Of a stretch of 54,443 bases of DNA, positions 18,947 through 28,074 are shown piece by piece. Source of the stretch: a virus. Lineage: Duplodnaviria; Caudoviricetes. The stretch is from positions 1 through 54,443 of the IMG/VR virus record IMGVR_UViG_3300021379_001249; one strand, given 5' to 3'. Below the pieces are notes generated by a model. The model saw only the letters and a list, made by a program, of their open reading frames with translations. It made no database searches and was not told where the DNA came from. The position numbers and the translations under genes are program-made. How positions within the stretch are numbered: the stretch's first letter is position 1; the number at the start of each line of letters is the position of its first letter.

Positions 18947-20743
18947 TTATGCCTTAATAGCAATCTCAGTTGCTGATAATGCAAGTCCTGCTTCTACTGA
19001 TGGTGTACCTGCTGTTGTGCTAAGTGTACCATCATTTTGTACATAATGCACTGAAGCAGTTGTTAAACCACTTTGAGCATCATCAACGGCACCTGCAATT
19101 TGTATCGTAGCAGTTTGTCCGTCAGTATATGCAGCATTAGAGAAACCTAAGAAGTTTGATGATGTGAGGTTTGTACTTTCATTTCGGAAAACAATAGATG
19201 TTCCATAGTTTGAATTACCTTCATCTCGATAACCAATAATAACTTTATTGATATTTGAAGCAAATGTTGCATCTATGTTATCAGTAGCAGCAGATTCAAA
19301 TATAAGAGAAGTATCAAAACTAATACTAGTACCAGATACAGTGCCTACAATCACTCTTCCATAATTATATCCTCCACCTGAGTTTCCACCATCCTTATAA
19401 GCAATAACTACTTTACCAGCATTAGAGTCATATACTGCTGCAGTTCTGAAAATGGCAGCAGAGTCAAATACAACAGGAGATCCAAAACTTATACTAGTAC
19501 CAGATACAGTGCCTACAATTGCTTTTCCTTTATCGCTGTCACCATTATCCGTAAAAACAATAACTACTTTTTCGTTACTGGAGTCATATGTTGCTGAAAT
19601 ATTTTCGCTTCTAGCACTTTCAAAAACTACAGCAGAACCAAAACTAATTGAAGTGCCACTAACAGTTCCTACGATAGCAGTTCCGTAGTGAGAATTACTG
19701 AGATGTCTCCATGCAATGACTACTTTATTATTGGTTGAATCAAATGTTATGTCAGGATTGCGACTATCGGAACCTTGAAATTGAGCAACACTACCAAAAC
19801 TAACATCAGTTCCACTAATAGTTCCTACTATAGCAGCCCCATAATTATTGTTGTCTCTGTACGCTAGAACAATTTTATTGTTGCTAGAATCAAATGTTCC
19901 AACAATATCAGATGCTTCTGAAACAAATTGTACTTCAGTACCAAAACTTATTGATGTACCACTTACAGTTCCTACACGCGCCTTTCCATATTGATTGCCA
20001 CCACCTTCTTGATACGCTATAAGAAATTTATTAGCATTAGAGTCAAAAGTTATTGAAGTATAATCCATCGCAGTAGTCTCAAAAACTACAGGAGTACCAA
20101 AACTTATTGATGTGCCACTTACGGTTCCTACAACTGCTTTTCCTTTATCGCTGTCACCACCATCCTTATAAACAATAACTACTTTTCCGTTACTGGTGTC
20201 AAATGCTGCGTCAATTCCTCTGTCTGTGACATTACCAGATTCAAATACAGTAGCAGATCCTAAAGATTGACTAGTGGTTGCAATACCAGTTACTGTACCA
20301 TCACTCTGAAGAATAACAGTTTGTCCATTCGCTAAAGTTCCTGATGCAATACCAGATACTGAAGGACTGACACCAGAAAGAGATGAACCATCACCACTAT
20401 AAGAAGTGGCAGTGATAACTCCAGTTACATCTAAACCACCACCATTGATGGTTGCAATACCTGCTACAGTTATTGGATTATTAAATGTTCCAACACCACT
20501 TACTGTAACACCGTTAGCAGATACTTGAATACCCTGTTGTGCTGTGATAATACCAACGGAGTCAACGTTGGTTACGTCTTTATATGTTAAATTACCATCA
20601 ATCGTTACGTTACCAGTGAATGATCCGTTGGCAGCAGTTATGTCACCAGTAAAGGTAACAGCAGCACCAGTCACACCACTCTTAAAGTTTGGTGTTCCTG
20701 ATCCAGAATAGTTAACGAGTGAGTCTGCTCTTAATCTAGACAT
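18947..20743 (-). CDS. Beta-propeller fibre, anchor family B (RAD-G.G.P)
   Basis: MSRLRADSLVNYSGSGTPNF; shaft; seven propeller repeats; shared C-terminal module. Confidence 0.75.
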   Translation of the reverse strand: MSRLRADSLVNYSGSGTPNFKSGVTGAAVTFTGDITAANGSFTGNVTIDGNLTYKDVTNVDSVGIITAQQGIQVSANGVTVSGVGTFNNPITVAGIATINGGGLDVTGVITATSYSGDGSSLSGVSPSVSGIASGTLANGQTVILQSDGTVTGIATTSQSLGSATVFESGNVTDRGIDAAFDTSNGKVVIVYKDGGDSDKGKAVVGTVSGTSISFGTPVVFETTAMDYTSITFDSNANKFLIAYQEGGGNQYGKARVGTVSGTSISFGTEVQFVSEASDIVGTFDSSNNKIVLAYRDNNNYGAAIVGTISGTDVSFGSVAQFQGSDSRNPDITFDSTNNKVVIAWRHLSNSHYGTAIVGTVSGTSISFGSAVVFESARSENISATYDSSNEKVVIVFTDNGDSDKGKAIVGTVSGTSISFGSPVVFDSAAIFRTAAVYDSNAGKVVIAYKDGGNSGGGYNYGRVIVGTVSGTSISFDTSLIFESAATDNIDATFASNINKVIIGYRDEGNSNYGTSIVFRNESTNLTSSNFLGFSNAAYTDGQTATIQIAGAVDDAQSGLTTASVHYVQNDGTLSTTAGTPSVEAGLALSATEIAIKA

Positions 20744-20774
20744 TTATGTTCACTCTCTATGGCAACTTTTTTTA

Positions 20775-20780
20775 TATTTA
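20775..20780 (-). promoter_or_regulatory. T4-type late promoter (TAAATA)
   Basis: Overlaps the stop of 20778-22553. Confidence 0.65.
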
Positions 20781-22553
20781 TCCTTTGACAATTATCTTGG
20801 TTGCAGAAACGGCAGTTCCAGCCTCTACTGATGGAGAACCAGCAGTTGTACTTAATGTTCCATCATTCTGTACATAATGTTTTCTTGCAGTTGTTAAACC
20901 AGACTGGGCATCATCAGTTGCACCAGTTATTTGTATTGTTGCAGTATCGCCATCAGAATATGCAGCATTAGAAAAACCTAAGAAGTTTGTTGATGTTAGG
21001 TTTGTTCCAACTGTTCTAAAAACAACTGCTTCTCCTCGGCCATCGTCATCATTTTTAAAGATAATAACCGTTCTATTATTGGTGGAGTCAAATGTTGCCG
21101 AATAATATTCAGTATTACCAGATTCAAATGTAACAGGATCATTAAAACTAATTGATGTGCCACTTACCGTTCCTACAATTACTTTTCCTTTGTTAGAATC
21201 ACCATGATCCTCATAAGCAATTACTACTTTATCTTCACTAGAATCAAATACTGCAGAAAGATATCTACTATCACTAGATTCAAATACTACAGCAGAACCA
21301 AAACTAATTGATGTGCCTGATACAGTTCCTACAACTGCTGTTCCATATTGAGAGTTACCAGAATCTCTGTAAGCAATAACTACTTTACCATTGGTGGAAT
21401 CAAATGTTGCCGAATTCCACGTAGTAGATGAAGAAGTATAGACAACAGCACTGCCAAAACTAATACTAGTACCAGATACAGTTCCTACAATTGCTGTTCC
21501 ACCATTTGAACCATGCTCATAAGCAATCACTACCTTACCATTAGAAGAGTCAAATGCTATGGAAATATCTGCAATACCCGCAGATTCAAATACAACAGGA
21601 CTACCAAAACTAATACTAGTTCCACTAACAGTTCCAACAAGTGCAGTTCCATGGCCAGAATTTGCAGCATCTCTGTAAGCGATTACCACCTTACCATTAG
21701 TAGAATCATACGCTATCACATTGTATTGGGTATTTGAACTTCCATCAATAACAACTGGAGTACCAAAACTAATTGAATCCCCACTTACAGTTCCAACGAC
21801 TGCTGTTCCTTTATTGCTATTACCTCCATCCCGATATGTAATTACTATTTTTCCATTAGCAGAATCAAATGTTGCTGCTGGGTAATCAATAGCAGCACCT
21901 TCAAACTCAACTCCAGAACCAACAGTAATTCCTATACCTGTTACAGTTGCAACAACTGCTGTTCCGTGGTAGTTAGCAGCAGGACCTCGATATGCAATCA
22001 CTACTTTATTATTTGTAGAATCAAAGGCGCTAGAAAAACGATAAACCGTAGAAGATTCAAAAATAGTGGTGACGCCAACTTGAGTATTTCCTACAACACC
22101 TGCCACAGTTCCATCACTTTGAATGATAACAGTCTGTCCATTCGTTAATGATCCCGACGCAATACCACTTAAAGTAGGAAGAACACCAGTAAGATTAGCA
22201 CCACTTCCTTTTAATGTTGTGGCAGTGATGACACCAGCAACATTCAAACCATTAGCATCAGCAGTTGTAACTCCAACAACTTCAATAGAGTTATTAAACG
22301 TACCAACACCAGTTACGGTAAGTCCGTTCGCCTCAACTTGAATACCCTGTTGTGCAGTGACGACACCAACAGCGTCAATATTTTCTACTTCTTGATATGA
22401 TACTGTACCACCAATAGTTAAATTGCCAGAAAATGTCGCGTTGACGCTGGATACCTGAGTAAATGTAGCACCAGTTGCAACTATTCCATTAGGAATGTTT
22501 GGTGCTCCTGTACCGTCTCTATTTACTATTGAGTTAGCTCTAAATCCAGACAT
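20778..22553 (-). CDS. Beta-propeller fibre, anchor family B
   Basis: MSGFRANSIVNRDGTGAPNI; tandem paralogue of its neighbours. Confidence 0.75.
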   Translation of the reverse strand: MSGFRANSIVNRDGTGAPNIPNGIVATGATFTQVSSVNATFSGNLTIGGTVSYQEVENIDAVGVVTAQQGIQVEANGLTVTGVGTFNNSIEVVGVTTADANGLNVAGVITATTLKGSGANLTGVLPTLSGIASGSLTNGQTVIIQSDGTVAGVVGNTQVGVTTIFESSTVYRFSSAFDSTNNKVVIAYRGPAANYHGTAVVATVTGIGITVGSGVEFEGAAIDYPAATFDSANGKIVITYRDGGNSNKGTAVVGTVSGDSISFGTPVVIDGSSNTQYNVIAYDSTNGKVVIAYRDAANSGHGTALVGTVSGTSISFGSPVVFESAGIADISIAFDSSNGKVVIAYEHGSNGGTAIVGTVSGTSISFGSAVVYTSSSTTWNSATFDSTNGKVVIAYRDSGNSQYGTAVVGTVSGTSISFGSAVVFESSDSRYLSAVFDSSEDKVVIAYEDHGDSNKGKVIVGTVSGTSISFNDPVTFESGNTEYYSATFDSTNNRTVIIFKNDDDGRGEAVVFRTVGTNLTSTNFLGFSNAAYSDGDTATIQITGATDDAQSGLTTARKHYVQNDGTLSTTAGSPSVEAGTAVSATKIIVKG

Positions 22554-22573
22554 CTGGGCACATTATTTTTAAG

Positions 22574-22579
22574 TATTTA
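22574..22579 (-). promoter_or_regulatory. T4-type late promoter (TAAATA)
   Basis: Overlaps the stop of 22577-24382. Confidence 0.65.
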
Positions 22580-24382
22580 TTGTTTGACGATTATTTCTGT
22601 GTCAGAAATTGCAGTTCCTGCCAACACAGAAGGACTTCCAGCAGTGGTGCTAAGTGTACCGTCAGTCTGTACATAATGCTTGGAACCTGTTGTTAAACCA
22701 GATTGTGCATCATCTAATGCGGTTATAATCTGAACAGTTGCTGTTTGTCCATTTGTATAAGCAGCATCAGAGAAACCAATGAAGTTTTCTGATGTTAGAT
22801 TTGTGCCTGTAGATGCGTTTTGGAACACAACTGCTGTTCCGTAATTAGAGTTTCCTTGATCCTTATATACGATCACCACTTCATTATTAGTTGAATCAAA
22901 TGTTGCTGAAAGGTAATCAGTCACAGCACTCTCAAAAACTACGGCAGTACCAAAACTAATACTAGTTCCACTTACGGTTCCAACAATTAATGTTCCATAA
23001 GTAGAGTTTCCGCCATCTCTATAAGCAATAACCACTTTACCAGCATTTGAATCATATGCCACTGCATTATAATCAGACATAGTAGCAGATTCAAATACAA
23101 CAGCAGTTCCAAAACTAATACTAGTTCCACTTACGGTTCCAACAATTGCTGTTCCATAACTAGAGTTTCCATCATCTTGATAAGCAATAACTACTTTTCC
23201 ATTAGCAGAGTCAAATGCTGCTGATATTCCACTACCAAGATTAGCAGATTCAAACACAACAGCAGAACCAAAACTAATACTAGTTCCACTTACTGTTCCA
23301 ACGATTGCTGTTCCATAAGCAGAGTTTCCATCATCCCTGTATGCAATAACAACTTTTCCATTAGTTGAGTCATACACTGGAGCAATATGTCTAGTAGCAG
23401 CAGATTCAAAAACTGTGGCACTGCCGAAACTAATACTAGTTCCACTCACAGTTCCTACAATTGCTGTTCCATAATCAGAGTTTCCATCATCCTTATAAGC
23501 AATAACCACTTTACCATTAGTAGAATCAAATGTTGTTGATACAAATTCAACTTGTGCGCTTCTAAAAGTCGCTACGGAACCAAAACTTATCGATGTACCA
23601 GATACAGTGCCAACCACTGCTTTTCCATAATTAGAGTTTCCACCATCCGAATATGCAATTACTACTTTACTATTAGTAGAATCAAATGTTGCTGAAATGT
23701 AAGTGGAATTAGCAGATTCAAATACAACAGGAGTGCCAAAAGTGATTGATGTCCCACTCACAGTGCCCACGACAGCAGTGCCATAATTACTGTTTCCAGC
23801 ATCTTTATAAGCAATTACTACTTTACTATTTGCAGAGTCAAACGTTGCTGAAGTCCACTGAGAGTTGGCAGATTCAAATACGGCGGGAGATCCAACAGAT
23901 TGAGAAATATCACTCGTAGACACACCTGCAACCTTTCCATCAGATGTTACAATGACAGTTTGTCCGTTAGATAAAGTTCCTGAGGCAACTAATGAAGTAG
24001 TGCGGTTAGTTCCTGTTAAAGCACTTCCATCACCAGTAAATGAAGTTGCAGTAACTACACCAGTGGCATGAAGTCCAGATTCATTAATGGTTGTAATACC
24101 AGCAACAGTTATTGGTGAATTAAAAGTGCTGATACCAGTTACATCAAATCCATTTGCAGAGACTTGAATACCCTGCCGAGCAGTTATAATACCTGTTGAG
24201 TTTATATTATCCGCGTCTTGATATGTTAATGTGCCATCAACTGATGCATTACCAGATAAACTAACATTACCACCACCTAAGTCACCAGAGAATGTTCCAG
24301 TGGTAGAAGTAGCACCATGAGTTAAGTCTGGTGCCGAAGTACCAGTTCTATCTGTTAGTGTATCAGCTCTTAGTCTAGACAC
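22577..24382 (-). CDS. Beta-propeller fibre, anchor family B (most homogeneous repeats)
   Basis: GTG start, MSRLRADTLTDRTGTSAPDL; seven ~52-aa near-identical repeats. Confidence 0.75.
   Translation of the reverse strand: MSRLRADTLTDRTGTSAPDLTHGATSTTGTFSGDLGGGNVSLSGNASVDGTLTYQDADNINSTGIITARQGIQVSANGFDVTGISTFNSPITVAGITTINESGLHATGVVTATSFTGDGSALTGTNRTTSLVASGTLSNGQTVIVTSDGKVAGVSTSDISQSVGSPAVFESANSQWTSATFDSANSKVVIAYKDAGNSNYGTAVVGTVSGTSITFGTPVVFESANSTYISATFDSTNSKVVIAYSDGGNSNYGKAVVGTVSGTSISFGSVATFRSAQVEFVSTTFDSTNGKVVIAYKDDGNSDYGTAIVGTVSGTSISFGSATVFESAATRHIAPVYDSTNGKVVIAYRDDGNSAYGTAIVGTVSGTSISFGSAVVFESANLGSGISAAFDSANGKVVIAYQDDGNSSYGTAIVGTVSGTSISFGTAVVFESATMSDYNAVAYDSNAGKVVIAYRDGGNSTYGTLIVGTVSGTSISFGTAVVFESAVTDYLSATFDSTNNEVVIVYKDQGNSNYGTAVVFQNASTGTNLTSENFIGFSDAAYTNGQTATVQIITALDDAQSGLTTGSKHYVQTDGTLSTTAGSPSVLAGTAISDTEIIVKQ
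22815..23885 (-). repeat. Tandem ~156-bp coding repeat (7 units)
   Basis: Recurrent aaaactaatactagttccact..ac.gttcc.acaattgctgttccataa..agagtttcc blocks; protein unit ATFDS.N.KVVIAY.D.GNS.YGTA.VGTVSGTSISFG..VVFES. Confidence 0.85.
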
Positions 24383-24403
24383 TTATTTCACTACATTTTT
24401 TAG

Positions 24404-24411
24404 TATTTATA
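24404..24411 (-). promoter_or_regulatory. T4 late promoter, full consensus TATAAATA
   Basis: Upstream of 22577-24382. Confidence 0.75.
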
Positions 24412-25488
24412 TTATGAACCCTCACTGATTGCGATGTAGATAAATGTTCCTCCAGCATTCCAATTACCATTGTTTGTATTATCAAAAGTAAAACCTGTTG
24501 ATGTAGGGTATAAACCGGTGTAGTTTTTAGTTTCTTCGTCGTCGTTGGTGTTGGGAAACAACACTTTATAACTTGAACTTGTCACTCCACGAGTAGTATC
24601 AACTAACCACCAAGGAGATTGTGCGCTGGATCTCTTAAATAGAATCCACTGAGGTTGAAATCCAAGATTTTCAGATATAGTTGTATTTGATCCCATAGTA
24701 AAACCACCGCACTTAATAATGGATTCGTTTCCACCAGTTCCAAACTCTTGTTCATCGTGAGCAAACAGGTAAGCAACATAGGTTCTATTAAGAACGTTGA
24801 TTGCAGCAGTATCTCCTCTAAAGTAAGTAGATGTTGGAGTAAAACTTGCCCAACGGGAAGATCCACTAACACCAGAATCAGTCTCAGACAATCTTAGTTC
24901 ACCTTGATTTCCAGTATATCGATGATATGAATACCAAGGATCACTACCGAAGTTACGTCCCTTCACCACGATAAACCCAGGAACACTACCAAGATTGTGG
25001 GGTATATTTCGGTTAGTTTGGCCATCGCCAGTATATGTTATTACATCAAAAAATTTAGGGCACTTGCGAAAAGTCCAAGAAACATAAGTGTCATTAACGT
25101 AATTATTAGTTTCACCACCCAATAAGAAACCGTCACTATTGAATTGTGTCAATCCTCCAGATGCTGTTCCCTCTTGAGCAGTTGCTTCGGTACGTAAATA
25201 TTTTGTTGTACCTCTTTCTGTATCGTAAAGAAAATGTTGATCATTACCCCCCGCAACACGTTTTTTCAACCAAACAAGTCCACCTTCACCTGATAAGTCA
25301 ATATCATTAGTTATCGTTTGTGTTTCTTCTTCACCGGAACCGTTATTGTTTCCTGTATATAATTTTGTCGAAAATACTTGATCTACAGTAATCCCAGAAG
25401 CAGCGGAAAATAATCTACTTGGAACACCACCACCCAGTCCAGTTAACCCTTGAATGGGTGCTTCTTTCTTTGAAAATTCATTTAACAT
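24412..25488 (-). CDS. Adhesin-like protein with KKExP-GLGGG N-terminus
   Basis: MLNEFSKKEAPIQGLTGLGGG; GLVWLKKR..H.LYDTERG / GFQPQWILFKR repeats, homologous to the C-termini of 6884-11452 and 12832-15255. Confidence 0.75.
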   Translation of the reverse strand: MLNEFSKKEAPIQGLTGLGGGVPSRLFSAASGITVDQVFSTKLYTGNNNGSGEEETQTITNDIDLSGEGGLVWLKKRVAGGNDQHFLYDTERGTTKYLRTEATAQEGTASGGLTQFNSDGFLLGGETNNYVNDTYVSWTFRKCPKFFDVITYTGDGQTNRNIPHNLGSVPGFIVVKGRNFGSDPWYSYHRYTGNQGELRLSETDSGVSGSSRWASFTPTSTYFRGDTAAINVLNRTYVAYLFAHDEQEFGTGGNESIIKCGGFTMGSNTTISENLGFQPQWILFKRSSAQSPWWLVDTTRGVTSSSYKVLFPNTNDDEETKNYTGLYPTSTGFTFDNTNNGNWNAGGTFIYIAISEGS

Positions 25489-25501
25489 ATCTTATCTCCT
25501 A

Positions 25502-28036
25502 TCAAGCAGCAGTTGTTGTAAGTGTAGCAATAACAGTATACGTAGAACTTGCAGTCTTCATAATGGTGTAAGCATAGATGTCTACACCACTTGCTCCACC
25601 AGCAGAAGGAGCACTTCCACCAGTCCAGTTCAACGTACCACCGTTTGTTCCTACTGTGTTTCCATCAATATGTACTGTTGCTGCATATCCAGCAGCTGCA
25701 GCAGTTGTGACAATTGTGACTGACATTGCATCACCAGTTGCCATGGCAGTATTAATGCCAGTGGTTGTCATAATATTAGGTGTTGCCGTAGTTGTCTCAG
25801 TGGTTGTGAAATGATGAATCATTCCATTGTCAAGGTTAATATTTTGATTATCACTTAACTTACCAGCAGTAATATTGACTCTCTCTATCAGTTCTGCATT
25901 ATTGAAGTGAACACCACCTGTTGAGGTAATACGAAGCCTTTCATTATCAGCAGTGTTAAACGCCATGGCATCATTGGCATGTTCATATTTAATGATGCCT
26001 CGATTAGGAGTCGCAGTTCCATCAGCAAAGAAAATATGTCCATTGTTGCCAGTTCCACTGACAATTGTCATGCCACCATTATTACCCGTATTTCCTAATA
26101 CAAGTTCATTACCGGCACTATTGTAACTACCGGGATTGTTAATATTAATACCAACTTTACCACTTGAATCTACACGAAGTCTCTCACTACCAGCAGTTTC
26201 TACTGTAAAGATATTAGCGGCAGGGAATCTTACAGCAGTGTCAGTATCTCCTGTATGAATAATTTTGTCGGCGATTGATACATCACTTCTTGCAGTGATG
26301 ATACCAATAGAATCAATATTGGTTACATCAGCATATGTTAAAGTTCCCCCAATAGTGACATTACCGCTAAAGGAACCAGTAGATGCTGTTACATTACCAT
26401 CAAATGATGTAGCAGTACAAACACCAGATACTGTTAAACCAGCAGTAAATTCAGGTGCTCCTGTTCCAGATGCATCAGCAAAGTTATCAGCACGAACTCT
26501 ACCACCAGACTTACCAAGTGCAGGTAATGTTTGAGTGGTTCCGATGCCAAGAATGTTAGGAACAAACTCATCACCATCAGCAACGATTAAGTCTGCGTCT
26601 CCACTAACTTCAATCTCTGCATATTGAGTGTAAGCAACAATAGCAGTGCTTGGAGGATCAATAGTAATTGTTGATGCGACACCGAGAACTTGATCAGTGT
26701 AGTAAATCTTATTAAGAGGACTTGTTTGAACAGAGCTTAATGCAGTTCCAAGTCCAGCAGGTAAGTTGGTAAGATTGCTACCATCACCTTCAAACGATGA
26801 TGCCGTAACAACACCAGTGAAGTTAGCGGTAGAACCAGTTAAGATACCAGTAACTACAATACCATTAGGGTTGGCTTGTGCCTTTACATTACCACCACTA
26901 TCTTTGATTGCTGTAGCATCAATACCTGTTAATGCACTACCATCACCGTGGAATCTAGTGGCAGATATTGCACCATCCGAAATAGAGATAGCAGTACCAA
27001 CTTTAAAACCAGTAGCAGTTGTAATACCAGAAACATTAACACCACTGGGATTAAATCTTGCTACTTCTGATCCATTTGAAGTTACAGCAGGATGTTCATC
27101 AGCAGGGAGATAAAAACCAGTGTTAGAATCACTACCAAATGAAATAGCAGGGACAGATGCAGTTCCTGTGCTGAACGCAACATTCGTCAGTGTTGTAATA
27201 ATACCAACGTTAAATGGTGCAGCGTCTACCCACTGTGCGCTGTTATCATCTTGATAGTAGATGAAGAGTCGTCCAATATCTGTATTATACCACAGGTTTC
27301 CGGCAGTAATAATACCAGTGAAAGCATCGCCAGGTGTAGAACCAACACCAATACTTGCACTACCACCACCTCCACCTTGGAAGTTGACTGTTACTATACC
27401 AACAGCAGCATTATACTGAGCGGTTGTGAATCCAGGGCCTTTGAATTCAAGGAAAGAAACACCGTATCCAACTACGCCACCAGTTGTTCCAACACCGATC
27501 TGTCCAGCACCAATAAACTGTGCTGCAGTGACAACACCACTAACAGTTGCACCACTACTAAAGTTGGGATAATTTGATAATGTAGTGATGTTTGCAGTGG
27601 TGATTGTTGCAGTACCACTTACATTTACATCTCCTGAAGAAATTGCATCTGTAAACGAGGTAATTCCAACAACGACTGGAATCGTTGCAATACCTGTGAG
27701 ATTCAGGTTTCTACCAGTAATCTCATCATATGAGAGATCAGCAAATGTGGTAAATCCAGTAACTGTAAGTTGATCAACACTTAAACCACCAAGTGTTGAG
27801 AACCCAGTTACATTTAAATTGCCAAGATTTACATCACCCGCTGCTACTTCCAGGTTTGCAATCGTAGCAACACCTGTAATATTAATATCCGTTGCTGCAA
27901 TTCCACCACGAACATCCAGAGTAGAGCGAGGCCCAGTGCTCGCAATACCTACCTTTTTACTACTGGCGTCCGCAACAATAAGATCAGAGTTAACCTCTAA
28001 GCCATTCTTTACGACAAAACTCTTATCTACTGCCAT
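25502..28036 (-). CDS. Long tail fibre/branching 'carrier' protein
   Basis: MAVDKSFVVKNGLEV N-term; GNLWYNTDIGRLFIYY.D..QWVD module; internal RVRADNF..GTGAPEF; ERLR repeats; conserved C-terminal domain. Confidence 0.75.
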   Translation of the reverse strand: MAVDKSFVVKNGLEVNSDLIVADASSKKVGIASTGPRSTLDVRGGIAATDINITGVATIANLEVAAGDVNLGNLNVTGFSTLGGLSVDQLTVTGFTTFADLSYDEITGRNLNLTGIATIPVVVGITSFTDAISSGDVNVSGTATITTANITTLSNYPNFSSGATVSGVVTAAQFIGAGQIGVGTTGGVVGYGVSFLEFKGPGFTTAQYNAAVGIVTVNFQGGGGGSASIGVGSTPGDAFTGIITAGNLWYNTDIGRLFIYYQDDNSAQWVDAAPFNVGIITTLTNVAFSTGTASVPAISFGSDSNTGFYLPADEHPAVTSNGSEVARFNPSGVNVSGITTATGFKVGTAISISDGAISATRFHGDGSALTGIDATAIKDSGGNVKAQANPNGIVVTGILTGSTANFTGVVTASSFEGDGSNLTNLPAGLGTALSSVQTSPLNKIYYTDQVLGVASTITIDPPSTAIVAYTQYAEIEVSGDADLIVADGDEFVPNILGIGTTQTLPALGKSGGRVRADNFADASGTGAPEFTAGLTVSGVCTATSFDGNVTASTGSFSGNVTIGGTLTYADVTNIDSIGIITARSDVSIADKIIHTGDTDTAVRFPAANIFTVETAGSERLRVDSSGKVGININNPGSYNSAGNELVLGNTGNNGGMTIVSGTGNNGHIFFADGTATPNRGIIKYEHANDAMAFNTADNERLRITSTGGVHFNNAELIERVNITAGKLSDNQNINLDNGMIHHFTTTETTTATPNIMTTTGINTAMATGDAMSVTIVTTAAAAGYAATVHIDGNTVGTNGGTLNWTGGSAPSAGGASGVDIYAYTIMKTASSTYTVIATLTTTAA

Positions 28037-28068
28037 TTGGGTTCACTATCCCCCGTTAGTTTTTTTAT

Positions 28069-28074
28069 TATTTA
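28069..28074 (-). promoter_or_regulatory. T4-type late promoter (TAAATA)
   Basis: Overlaps the stop of 28072-29754; upstream of 25502-28036. Confidence 0.65.

Noticed and set aside
18947-24382. CRISPR-like array
   Set aside because: The repeats are in-frame ~156-bp degenerate coding units, not identical repeats with unique spacers.
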